64,000 nt of DNA. It comes from Vicugna vicugna. Its lineage: Eukaryota. Below the pieces are notes generated by a model, which was not told where the DNA came from, did no database searches, and worked only from the letters and a program-made list of their open reading frames with translations. The position numbers and the translations under genes are program-made. Every line of letters starts with the position of its first letter. The stretch's first letter is position 1. The DNA is taken from the NCBI GenBank assembly GCA_013265495.1, contig MU057887.1, positions 1,811,985 through 1,875,984 on the forward strand. The letters are read 5' to 3'. Shown in pieces: positions 1-10,642 of the stretch.

Positions 1-219
1 CCCCCGGAAGTCCTCACAGTGCGGTGATGCCGAAGCTGCACCCGCCGCCTCCCCTCCGCCTCACAGGGGCTCTCCCCTTCCACGCGGCTCTCTCCTGGGC
101 TCGGATAGGCCTGAGTCATGGCATCAAGTGGAATCGCACCGTCGCGTTTAAACGCCTGTAGTGTCCTTCCGGCCCTGGGGCCAGAAGCTCCAGTGGTTGC
201 TCTATTCATGGCTTCATGT

Positions 220-790
220 CGCAGTGAAATGTGATAATTGATGGATATCTGTGGAAACGGATCCGATTGTGTCCCCGTTAATGAGCTAACAATTTCATGC
301 CGAAATCTCAGCAGTGCTATTGTTTAGAACAAAAGGAGACATGCAGATGAGGCCAGGGCTCAGGCTGGTGGGAACAATGCGGGCAGCCTCTTTATTGGAC
401 CCATTAATTAATTCCCCATCAGCCAGTTTCCCCGGGAATGAACTGGAAAAATCATTAAAATGATACATGAGGTAAGGAGTTTAGAAATTCAGAAGGTGAA
501 GCGGAGAATTACTCTAACACGTAATTAGACATATTATTTGTGACTGTACTTTTTTTTAAGTGTGTTTCACTGAGGCAGTGGGGCCCTATTTTTAGTCCTG
601 GAAAGCTCGTAAATACCATTTGGGGCTGTTTTTCAGCTCATAAAGGCTCATAAATTTTCTTAATGACATTAAGCAGCTAATTATATTGTACGTTGTTAAA
701 ATAACTCCAGTCGCAAAATCTAATAATACAACAAAAGTTGCAAAAGCCGGTTTTGGAAGGAGTTAATTTGACTAAATTACCAAGTGAAAC
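220..790. promoter_or_regulatory. Candidate conserved intronic enhancer
   Basis: Non-repetitive AT-rich island in GC-rich DNA with clustered SOX-like, TAAT and HOX13/CDX-like motifs; conservation not testable here. Confidence 0.45.
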
Positions 791-900
791 TCTGGGCGTT
801 GGGACCAAAGTGAAAGAGTTTTCAGCAAAGAATCTCCAGGTTCACATTATTTCTGTTGCAGGTTTGATCCGGGGGATGAGCCTCGAGCACCAACCTGCTG

Positions 901-970
901 CTTTTTTCTGTTTTTCTTTTCTTTAACCGTGGTGTAGTCAGTTTACAGTGTTGTGTCAGCTCCTGGCGTC
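901..970 (-). mobile_element. Very short L1 3'-end stub with degenerate poly(A)
   Basis: T-rich run followed by gtagtcagtttacagtgttgtgtcag, the reverse complement of the artiodactyl/camelid L1 terminus. The same motif occurs at 1545 and about 19690. Confidence 0.7.
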
Positions 971-1084
971 GATTTCCTGCTGTGGATGGGAGACGTCTGG
1001 GTGGTCCTGGCTGAGTGCTGGGCGCGTCCGCAGTTCTCCAGGTCAGGCTCATCCAGCAGAACATTCGCATCAACGACAATGACG

Positions 1085-1290
1085 ACAACAGTAATAATAG
1101 TGCCCGTTCCGAGGAGCCCACGCGCGGCAGCGCTGCCGTGAGCGCCAGCACGCCTGGCCGCGTTGCCGCCGGGTGCTGCGCGGGGAGCTGGGCTGCGCCT
1201 GCGTCTGCAGTTGGAGCTCGGGAGGCTCGGAGCGGGGCGGGCGCTGCCCCGGGCCGCCCAGCCTCCGCCTGCAGCCCCGCTCGCGGAACT
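1085..1290 (-). mobile_element. Heavily GC-shifted MIR SINE (tentative)
   Basis: The minus strand reads gctgggcggcccggggcag...ccgagcctcccgagctccaactgcagacg...gggcactattattact. This is colinear with the MIR core gctgtgtgaccttgggcaa...ctgagcctcagtttcctcatctgtaaaatg and the ...ctattattatt tail. Confidence 0.5.
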
Positions 1291-1527
1291 CGGTCTTCTG
1301 CTGGGTTTCACAGGCTGTGGCTGCGTGTGTGGTCCTCTGTCTGTCCCTGCTGGTCCGCTGTTGCTTTCTGGGGGCCGTGCCGGCCCGCCCTCCTCCCCGC
1401 TCCCCCTGAAATGCTGGGGCTGCTTGCTCCTGGTCGGCTGCACCCCACCTTTGCTTAGTCTTTGCTTCTGCAGCAGAAGTGAATCAGGAAGCCCTGATCC
1501 AGCCCTGCATTTCCATCATTTGCTTTT

Positions 1528-1572
1528 TTTTTTATTGAGATATTGTCAGTTTACAGTGTTGTGTCAATTTCA
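1528..1572 (-). mobile_element. 45-bp 5'-truncated L1 insertion with TSD
   Basis: Poly-T plus attgagatattgtcagtttacagtgttgtgtcaatttc, flanked by catcatttgctttt (1514-1527) and catcctttgctttt (1573-1586). The second copy is followed by AA (TTTT/AA endonuclease site). Confidence 0.85.
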
Positions 1573-4500
1573 CATCCTTTGCTTTTAAGTGAAACTCCGT
1601 CCATTAATCATCCCGTGATTCCATCTGTCAGCCCAGAAGCACTTGCTCGTGTTTTATGGCACTGGTTTGTTGAAATTCTGGGAAAGAGGAGAACAAACAA
1701 GCAAGTCCTAATAAATAAAAGTTATTTCCTCATTTGAATTTCGGAGTCCAGAGAGTCCATATGATGCAGACATCAATCTTCCCCGTCCTGAAGGGGAGGC
1801 ATGATTTCTCATCATGCGTCATGCAGGGTTCTGATGAGAGGTGCTCGTGTGTTTGGCCGGCTCAGCTCCTCCCCGGGGACGGCTGCCTCTTTGTATTGCA
1901 AGTGACACACTCAGCCTAGTGCTGCCGCCGGCTGTGTCCCCTCAGTCTGGGCGAGCACTGTCGTGTGAACCTCCCCGGTTCAGGTGGGTGAGCGCATTGT
2001 GGGTATCCAGGGACGTTCTGAGTTTGCTTAGAAAGGTGTGCTTGCTCTGGAGGGCCGGAAGCACAGGCCTGGGGGGGACACTGCTGTGCTCCAGGAGTGA
2101 GTGAAAGGGAGGGGGCACAGCCTGGGGAGACGGCCTGCAGGGGGCCGGGGAGGGCGGCTGCCCAGCTGGCTGGAGGGACTGGCACTCAGGCTCCCTGGGT
2201 CAGACTTCTGCTTCTCCCCAGGGCCACTCTGCCACGCCGCTGGCTCTCCAGCGGGGGCTGCTGTGTGGTCTGGGCTTCTGCTCGCTGCGCTCTTGGCGTC
2301 CAGCAGCACGGTGCCTGACCCCACGCGTGGCTGGAAGTGACCTGCCAAGTTGGAGCCGCAGAGGAGCTCTCCCACTGGGTTTCAGGCGTAGGGCCCATCT
2401 CTGCGCCTGCAGCACTTTGCTGGACCTGTCAGCGTCCCTGCTGTTTCCTGGGGCCACTGTCTTCACACCTGCTGTGCGCAGTAGCCAGGAAGTCCTTGAG
2501 GGTAGGGCTGCCTGGCTGGGGCCCACGTCCCCGCGCCCTGCACAGGGCCTGGCTCGCTGGCATCCACTAGGGGCTGCCTGGGTCGGTGGTGGGTGTCTGG
2601 CACCCCGATCCGATTCACCTGGTGTCTTGTAGGCGGGCCTCTTTCAAACACCTGCCAGACCTTATCTGGGGAAGGTAATGCCGCCGTGTCCCCCAGGCCT
2701 CGCTGCTCTGCTCGTAGGCACACATCTCATGGTCTGAGCTCAACAGACTGAGCTCTGCTCTGCCAGCCGGGGGCCTGGGGGCCTTCCTGCTGGCTGCCGA
2801 CCGGCCCCCACGTGCCCGTGTGAAGGACAAATGGCTCCCCACAGGTTTTCTGTCCTGGGGTCAGATTTGAATGTAAAACTCCAAAGTTCTAAATTTATTA
2901 AAGGCTTTCTTTTGGGGCTGGAAATATGCAATAGATTTTCTATCCCTCTCAATTCTCTCTTAAAATTTAATGCTGCCATAAAAATGATGGATAACAAATT
3001 ATTCCAGGAAAAATGATACTGAGAGTCTTCTAACTGTTGAAGCTGAAGCATGGACTCAGCGAGGAAACACACGTGACCCAGGAAGCTCACAAGGAAAGAG
3101 GAAGTCAGTGCTCTGTGGGAACTGCAACCACGTAATGTGTTCCGGGCTGTGGAAGACAGCAGTTTTTACTCCTGGTGTTAAAGTACCGAATCTGTTCTGT
3201 GCTGTTGGCGCCTCTGTTCGCTTAGTAACACCGTGCCTTTCTAGAATTCAGTGTGTAGCCTTTCCTACCTGGAACGCCGCAGGGTCCGAGCAAAGGAGCA
3301 GGAAGGCCGGAGCCTTAAAACTGAGGTCAGAGGCATCCCCTGTGACAGCTTGTGTCTGTTAGTCCTGTGAACCTTCCTGGCCCTCTCGGAGCGCCTTTCC
3401 AGAGAGTTCCGCCAACACAGCTGGGACCGCCCTGCCCGGGCTCGGTGGTGGCGGCCAGAAGGCAACCTGGCAGCCAGACCACAGGCCGGCAGGAGGGAGG
3501 GAAGGGCGTGCAGACCGGACACGGGCCTCACACCCCGCGCCGTCTGGGGGGTGTGCCTGCGGGGCATGCTTTGTTCCCTGTGTTCTGTGGGCCTTGGGAA
3601 CGTCATTCCACGGCAGGTGTTTTCAAAAGCACAGTATTGGAAGAAAGAGATTCAGACTTGCCCTCCTGACCGTTGTTTTCCTCCAGAGCAGTGGAGGTGA
3701 GGGCGCCTCCCGGACCAGCAATCCGGGCCAGGCGATGGCGTCCGTGGGCCCCAGGCAGCAGCTGGATGAGGTGGCCCAGGTTGGTGCTCCTGGCCACATG
3801 TGCTTTCCCCTTGCAGTGTGTCGCCACGTCTATTAGAAGAAGTTAAGAGAAAGGACTGGCCGGTGTCAATGATTTCCAGTTAGAAATGTCACCATGACAA
3901 CCGAGGAGGTGCTGGAAGCAGGCACTTTGTTAACTCTGAGTCCTAACCCTTCCTGGGCAACTCGAGAATCCTTTCTCTGGAGAGAAATAGGCTCACTTGT
4001 GAGCTGTGTCTCATTGTTCCTCAGCTACACCCACTCAAGTGAGTAATTTACCTTTGTGTGTAGGTTTAGAAAGACAGATGCACGCAGTCTGTGCAATGCC
4101 CTTCCTTCACTCACTCGGATGCTGGCTTCTCTGAGCTGCTCTTTGATGGCCGCTTTCCCAGGGAAGAAGCAGGGCCCTGTGGACCGCGCTGCCTCAGTTC
4201 TGCTGTTCTGTTGGTCCCCTGAGTCCCGGGAGCTCCATGCCCCCTGGGCAACTGTCCCACCACCTGCCTGCCTAGTCGCCTCTACTGCCCATCGGATAAA
4301 GCCCAAAGGCCGCAGGCTGGCCTTTAGGGCTGTTACCGTCCAGCCCCATCCTGTTCTTCCTGCCCATCCGTCAGGACTCCGGGGAGCATCTCCTTCACGT
4401 TAGGCCCAGGCCAGGTCGGGGGAGGCGGGGAGAAAGCACAGAGGCGAGCAGGACACAGTCCTGGACACGGCGTGCTGGAGAAACCAGACTGAACAGAGGG

Positions 4501-4574
4501 GGGGCAGTCAGGAGCCCACGTGCAAACCCAGGAGTTCCAGGGGGACTCAGAGCCCCGGGTCACTTCCGTATGGG

Positions 4575-4750
4575 TCAGAGGCGGCCTCACAGCAGGCTGA
4601 GCTTTAAGGTGGCATGCCTTGTGACCCTCGGAGCACCCAGAACTGCTGGCTGACTGTCAGAGGCGGCCTCGCAGCAGGCTGAGCTTTAAGGTGGCATGCC
4701 TGGTGACCCTCGGAGCGCCCAGAGCTGCTGGCTGCCTATCAGAAGCAGAC
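4575..4750. repeat. 82-bp tandem duplication (2 copies plus a short third start)
   Basis: tcagaggcggcctc(a/g)cagcaggctgagctttaaggtggcatgcc... starts at 4575 and 4657; a degenerate restart tcagaagcagac is at 4739. Confidence 0.93.
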
Positions 4751-5189
4751 TTGGAGGTGCAGGAATGCTTGCAGGGAGGCAGGGTCGTCCCCAGAGGCCT
4801 GAGTGAAAACAGGTGGGAGGGGGTGCTGCCAGTCTGTAGTTTTGGGTTTGAACACACACTTGGGACAAGAGATAGACTTTGTGTCCCCACAGCTAGGGAA
4901 TGTGGAGCTAAGGCATGCAAGTAAAGCCGGAGCATGGAGTACACCCTTGGACGAAGGATGAACTAGAAGAAAACAAATGCACTTCCCAGCCTGGGAGGCA
5001 GCGGGACACGCAGCCCTGTCTCAGCCTGGGAGCTCGGGGAGGGGGGCGGGGTGTTCTCCCCTGTTGAGGTTTTTACCCAGGGCTACATTTAGCATTTGAA
5101 TCAACAAGAACTGCATAATCTGGGAGCCAGTAAACTGAGCAGTTAGCATAGAAAGATGCTAAAGGCTATTAATGTCACTGGAACGCCTT

Positions 5190-8100
5190 GCACAGTCAGA
5201 ACTCGAGATCTCGGTTTTTCTGTCTCAGTGGTTGATAAAACTGGCCAAAAACCAGTAAAGACAGAGAAGAGAGAGAAATGTCATCAGGCAACTTGCCTGA
5301 TTCCCTTAAAATCCAACAGCCGGGAGAGCCAACAACGTTCAAGTCCAGAGCGACCAACAGCCAAGACAGTCTGCTTCCTGGGCCACAAAACGAGTCTGAA
5401 AGTTTGAAAGGATCAAAATCATGCAGAGGATGTTACATAAGAGAATTAAGTTAGAAATCAGTGGGAATGATTCTAAAATTCTCCAAATTTTTGAGAATTA
5501 GGCAGCACACCTCTAGAGACTCCTTGAGTCAAAGAAATCAGAGGGAAATCAGGAAATATTTTAAACTGGATGAATAATGAGAAGGTAACATTTGAATTTG
5601 TAGTGTGCAGCGAAAGCCGTGCTTGGGAGCTCACATATTCCTATACGTGCATCCATCAGAAAAGAAGAAAGATTGAAAATCAGTAATTTTAGTTTCTACT
5701 TTCAGAAGCTAGAAAAAGAAGGGGAGATTAATACCCAAGTGAGCAGAGGAAGGAAACAAAAATGATAAGAGCAACAACCACCAGAACAGAACATGGGCAA
5801 ACGGCAGAGGAAACCAGCAAGACGGAAAGGTGGCTTAAATAAGGTCAGTAACAGTGACAAGTCTGCAGGCAGGGAAGCCGAAGCCGAAAGAAGAGCGGAA
5901 GTGAAGCCAGCGTCACGCACAAGGAGGGGCATCACTATGGACCCTACGGACGTTCAGAAGCTGGTGACGGAATCTTATTGACAACTTACGACAGTAACGC
6001 TAACAGCCTAGAGGAAATGGACAGACCCCTGAAGGACGAAGTCACCCAGCTCTGCCCAGGAAGAGATGAGAAGCCCGAAAGCCCTGCAATTCCCTGAAGA
6101 AACGGCTTCGTGATTAAGCAGCTTCCCGCAAAGACGGCCGCAGGCCCCCGCGGCTTCCCCGGCCGGCTTTCAGAGCTGAAGGAGGAGATAATGCCGGTCG
6201 CACACAGATTCAGTGTGGAGGAAGAGGGGACACCGAGTTCTCAGCTCTTTTTATCAATCAAAGATACCGAAACGAGACGTGGGTGTTATTAGAAAAGATT
6301 ATGAACCAATACCTTGATTAACAAAGCTGCGGAAGTCTCTGACGGAGCGTTAGCAAACTGAGTCAGGTAAACTATAGAAATGCCAGTGCATCGCGATGGA
6401 GGGAACTTACCTCGGACGGGCAAGGTTGGTTGAGCACTGAAAAATAAATCAGCGTGACTGATCGCATGCACAGAATAAGGGGGAGAAGGATATGGTCGCG
6501 TCAAAAGATGCAGAAAAAGCACTCGACAAGATGCAACACCTGTTCACGAGGAGCACTCTCAGTAAACGGGAAGTAGAAGGCGGCTTCCTCAGAGGTAAAG
6601 GGCACTGACGGAATCCTAGTGCTTGCATTGTATTTAATGGCAAGGTCATCAAATGCTTCCCCTACGCTGAGAACAAGGCAGGAGTATTTGTTCTCACTAA
6701 TTCTGTTCAGCATTGGACTTGAAGGTCTAGCTAGGGTGATCAGAGATGACAATGAAATAAAAGTTACAGTGATTGGAAAGGAGAATGCTGAACTTCCCTT
6801 ATTGATTGCATACGTAGAAGATCCTAAAGATTCTACCAGAGGAAAAAGAAAAGAGCTCATAAAGATGCTGGATACAGGTTAATATGCAAAAATTAGTTTA
6901 TTTCTGTATATAGGAATGAACGATTAGAAGGTGAAGTGTAGAGACCAGTACCACTTATAGTAACATAAAAGTCATAAAAATACTTACAGATACGTTTAAC
7001 CAAAGCTACTTAGGATTTTTACATTGAAATTGCAAAACATTACTAAGAGAAATGAAGAAATATTTGGTGAGATCTACCATGTTTATCAAGACTTAACATT
7101 AAGATATTAACTCTCCCCATGCTGATCTGTGGAGTCAGTGCAGTCTCAATCACCTTGTACCGAGCTTTTTTGTAGAAGCCAACAAGTTTATTCTGAACTG
7201 TAGATGGAAATGCAAAGGGCCTCAGATTGCAACATTTACAACATTTGGTTAAAGAAGAGCTAAGTTGGAGAACTTCACCTCTTGATTTCAGGATGTTCTC
7301 TGAAGCTGCAGGAACCAGGGCGGTGCAGTGTCAACATATGGGGGATTCTAGGATAATGGAGCCAGGTGGAGTCCAGAATAGTCAAGAGGCACACCGGGGG
7401 AAGTGTTTGTCATACACACACCTGGCAGAGGACTCCTCTCTGGGGTGTGTAGAAGTCCCCGTAGCTCAGGGTTACAAAGACACACAGCCCAATCAGAAAG
7501 TGGACAAAAGGCTCAGATGTTTCACAGCAGAAGATGGATGAATGGCCAGTTAACACTTGAAAAAGTGCTCAGCATCGTTAGTCACCAGGGAAACGCAGAC
7601 CAGACCACAGTGAGGGACCGCCACGCACTCCCCAGAGTGGCTCAGGTTGAAGGACTGGCGGCGCTCAGCATGGCAAGTACGTGGAGTCTCACACATGGCC
7701 GGTGGGCACGTTGAACTGGCGACTTCTCACAAAGCTAAGCAGGCACCTGCCCCTGGACCAACAGCTCTGCCCCTAGGTCTTTACACAAGAGACGCGAATG
7801 TGTGTGTTTGCACTCACAGCCTGTGCACGAGAGACTGTCGCGCTTTACTCACATCAGCCCAAACTGAGAGCAGCTCCACATCTACCAGCAAAGACGGAGA
7901 AACAGCTTCCTACAGTGGGCGCTGGCCAGCGACACCGGGGCTGGGTCTCAGCGACGTCGTCATGTGCGCCGACAAGAGCGGAGCGCTGGGGCGCGTGCGC
8001 GCGCCGCCCCCCCCTCTGAGAACTAGCGGCCGGGTGGGCGGGGCGGGGGCAACCCCCCGCAAGGGGCGTGTTCTTGTTGGCAGGGGTGTTGGTTCCCCTG

Positions 8101-8190
8101 CGGCTTTTGCTTGTCAGAACTCATTGGACAGGATTCTCTGGTTTCTGTGTTTCACCTGATGAATTGTACGTCAGCAAAAGCTAATATAGT
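5190..8190 (+). mobile_element. Old L1 (L1MC/L1ME-like) ORF2 remnant plus 3' UTR, internally deleted
   Basis: Decayed ORF2 peptides (ITMDPTDVQK; GPRGFPG; LRTRQEYLFSLILFSIGLEGLARVIR...YVEDPKDST) with many stops and frameshifts, and an L1M-type 3' end near 8110-8185. Confidence 0.9.
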
Positions 8191-8543
8191 TTAGAAACAC
8201 GGGCTAGAAATACTCAGACTGAACCCCCACCCCAAACCATAAAACCAAACAAACACAGAGCCAACACGTGAACCCAGAGTACGCTGAAGTCATTTTTTCA
8301 AGTCTTTTGAACTTGAGCTTCAGTGTTGAGACCTTAAGGAAAGGTTCACCGCGAGCCGCGAGGCAGAGGGGCGCGCCCTCTGAATAAAGCAGTCACCCCC
8401 ACGGGGCTCTGTCCCCGGGGCTAGGCTGGTTGGCGGAGCCCCGCCTTGCCTGCCCCGGGCCCCTCGTGCCGGGCTGCGCGCCTGCCTGCGACCAGGGGGA
8501 GTGTCAGGACCCTGAGCTCAAATGTGAAAGGTAGGGCGTCACG

Positions 8544-8699
8544 TTTTATTTTTTTTAAGTGGCAGTTTCTTTTATATTGATTTACTTGATTTGGGGGGGT
8601 AAATTAGGCTTTATTTATTTATTTGTTTATTCATTATTTTTAACGGAGGTGCTGGGGTTGCTAAGCACACACTCTACCACTGAGCTACACCCTGCCCCC
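8544..8699 (-). mobile_element. Camelid tRNA-Ala-derived SINE (Vic-1-like) with B-box deletion
   Basis: Reverse complement gggcagggtgtagctcagtggtagagtgtgtgcttagca|accccagcacctcc, A-rich linker, cctaatttacccccc tail. Confidence 0.88.
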
Positions 8700-8884
8700 A
8701 CTAAAATATCACATATTGGGGAGAAGTGAGGCTGTGAGGTGATAAGAACCATTATATGCACTGGCGGGGGTGTAAACTAGTGGAAAAAAACTCAAAAAAT
8801 AATTCGGCTTTTCCTGGGAAAGCCGAGGAGATGCGTTCTTCTTGACCAGCTGCTCCTCTCCTGGGTTGTGGGTCCTTGGAGCTG

Positions 8885-9030
8885 CACTGTCACCAGCCAT
8901 GTGGTTATTTAAATGAACATCAGTGAGAAATAAAAGACTTAAAGCATTTTAGTTCCTCAGTCCCACCGGCCACCTTTGCAGCGCTCAGGACCCTGCTGTG
9001 GCCTGTGGCAGCCGAGTGGATGGTGCGGTC
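8885..9030. mobile_element. MER3/MER33-like hAT-Charlie DNA transposon remnant
   Basis: agccatgtggttatttaaat...agttcctcagtcccaccggccacctttgcagcgctc matches the remembered MER3 internal palindromic core. Confidence 0.7.
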
Positions 9031-9064
9031 GCAGGGCGCCCCTGTCCCCGCAGTGTCTGCATGG

Positions 9065-9230
9065 TGCGGGGCTCCCACGTGTGCTTCCCGGGCCTGCAGC
9101 AGCAGCAGCACCGGCAGCTCGTTGGAGATGCAGGTGTCCGGCCCCGGCCCAGCCGGCCCCTGACTCAGACGTGCCAGGGCGGGCCTCCGCGTGATGCCGG
9201 GGCACACAGCAGCCTGAGAACCCGCGCTCT
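9065..9230. mobile_element. MER5A-like hAT-Charlie MITE, GC-shifted
   Basis: gcagcagcagcaccggcagctcgttggagatgcagg...ctgactcagac...gtgatgccggggcacacagcagcctgagaacc is colinear with MER5A. Confidence 0.72.
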
Positions 9231-9929
9231 CCAGAGACCCTTAAACTGTGCATGAAGGTTACTGAATTGTGACAGCAAGAAACGGGGAAGGACCTACAGA
9301 CCCGGCGCAGCAGTGTGGGTAAGCAGGTGGTGGGGCACCCGCGAGGCAGTGAGAGTTAGTCGCGGTCTGCGGTCACGTGAAGCGACAGGAGTGCATTTCA
9401 GGGTTGTAGTGTTGGATGGAACAGAAGCCCTCGACCCGTACGCACCTTGTGCTGTCTTGATCTAAAACTCAGATCCAGAAGGAAACAACTGCGGTGCCAA
9501 GATGGAGAAAGTCGAGGAAATGGCAGACACACGACGTGGGCTGGTCTCTGCCTTCGGGGGTTGGGAGTGAAAGGAGAGGGCCGGACTGACCCTGGGGAAC
9601 GTGACCCCGTGAGAGGTTAGTTCCTTCTTGAGCAGGTGATGGCAGGTCTCAGAATTCTTGTTCTCTTGGGATTCTTTTACTTCCAAGTATTTAAAAAATA
9701 TTTTGTGTTAACTCAATATTTAGCTAAACAATTTAAAAAGGGTGAAATATCAAAGTTCTTGGTTGGTCATGAGTTAAGTTTTTCCGAAAAGTAAAACAGA
9801 GCCCCCAAAACGTTATTTTAAATACCCACAGAGTTGATGGATATTTCATTCATGTAATCTTAAAGTGTATTTGTCTGATTTTGCTTGAATTTTCCTTCGT
9901 GGCATTTATTCCTCCTTTTGGGACACAAG

Positions 9930-10270
9930 AGGATTAGGAATAAAATGCCTGGCAAAGCTCCCCCGATCAAACTCGAGCAGAAGCAAAATAGAAATGATAA
10001 TTGTAAGATTAAAAAGACTAAGGAAAATTGTACTGAGTTAATTAAAGGCAGCCATTTTACTGTAGCAAAACGATATTAGATATATATGTCCTAAGTCACG
10101 GAGATAAGAAAACAGAAAGTCAGAATCTGATAGAAAGATTGTAGTGGTAACGGAGAGCTTTCATTCTTTCTTGTCAGTGTTTGAGTTATCAAGTAGGAAA
10201 AAAATAATGGCCAAGGATCTGAACAGTGTAATTTTTATGGTCAAATTAACATTTATTCACCGGGAATCTA
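9930..10270 (+). mobile_element. Old L1 ORF2 endonuclease-region fragment
   Basis: A-rich sequence with gtagtggtaacggagagctttcattctttcttgtcagtgtttgag...tcaagtaggaaaaaaataatggccaaggatctgaacag, typical of the L1 EN region. Confidence 0.6.
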
Positions 10271-10418
10271 GAGATGGGAGAGTGGCAAGACTTTACAAGA
10301 AATGACACCGACTTCCACATGCAGACACGTGGACGTACACACATTCCGCATCCTCTTATATGTGCACAGATAAACGTGTGATGCAGAACAAGGGAATTTT
10401 CATTTAAACAGTGAAGAT

Positions 10419-10510
10419 GGGGGGAGGGTATAGCTCAAGAGGTAGAGCACATGCTTAGCATACACAAGGTCCTGCGTTCAATCCCCAGTACCTCCCCTTA
10501 AATAAATAAG

Positions 10511-10561
<51 letters not shown>

Positions 10562-10642
10562 AGAAGGAAGGAAGGAAGGAAGGAAGGAAGGAAAACCTAA
10601 TTACCTCCCCCTAAAAAACAAAAACAAAACAAAACAAAACAA
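10419..10642 (+). mobile_element. Camelid tRNA-Ala-derived SINE (Vic-1-like), full length with TSD
   Basis: ggggagggtatagctcaagaggtagagcacatgcttagc...gttcaatccccagtacctcc head, aacctaattacctcccc tail and (AAAAC)n. TSD aaacagtgaagat (10406-10418) / aaacaatgaagat (10643-10655). Confidence 0.95.
10511..10590. repeat. Compound microsatellite (TAAA)13(GAAG)7 inside the SINE linker
   Basis: Directly read from sequence. Confidence 0.95.

Noticed and set aside
943..1443. Minus-strand ORF containing VVVIVVDANVLLDEPDL, reminiscent of a PIN-nuclease first strand
   Set aside because: The motif derives from the simple-repeat tail of the putative MIR. The ORF is low-complexity, runs into an L1 stub and shows no other PIN features.
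4575..4750. CRISPR-like or other repeat-spacer array
   Set aside because: Contiguous tandem copies without unique spacers, in a mammalian genome with no cas genes.
6619..6882. Reverse-transcriptase-like ORF suggesting an active or domesticated element
   Set aside because: Short piece of a decayed L1 ORF2; the catalytic YADD/FADD region is degenerate and surrounded by stops and frameshifts.
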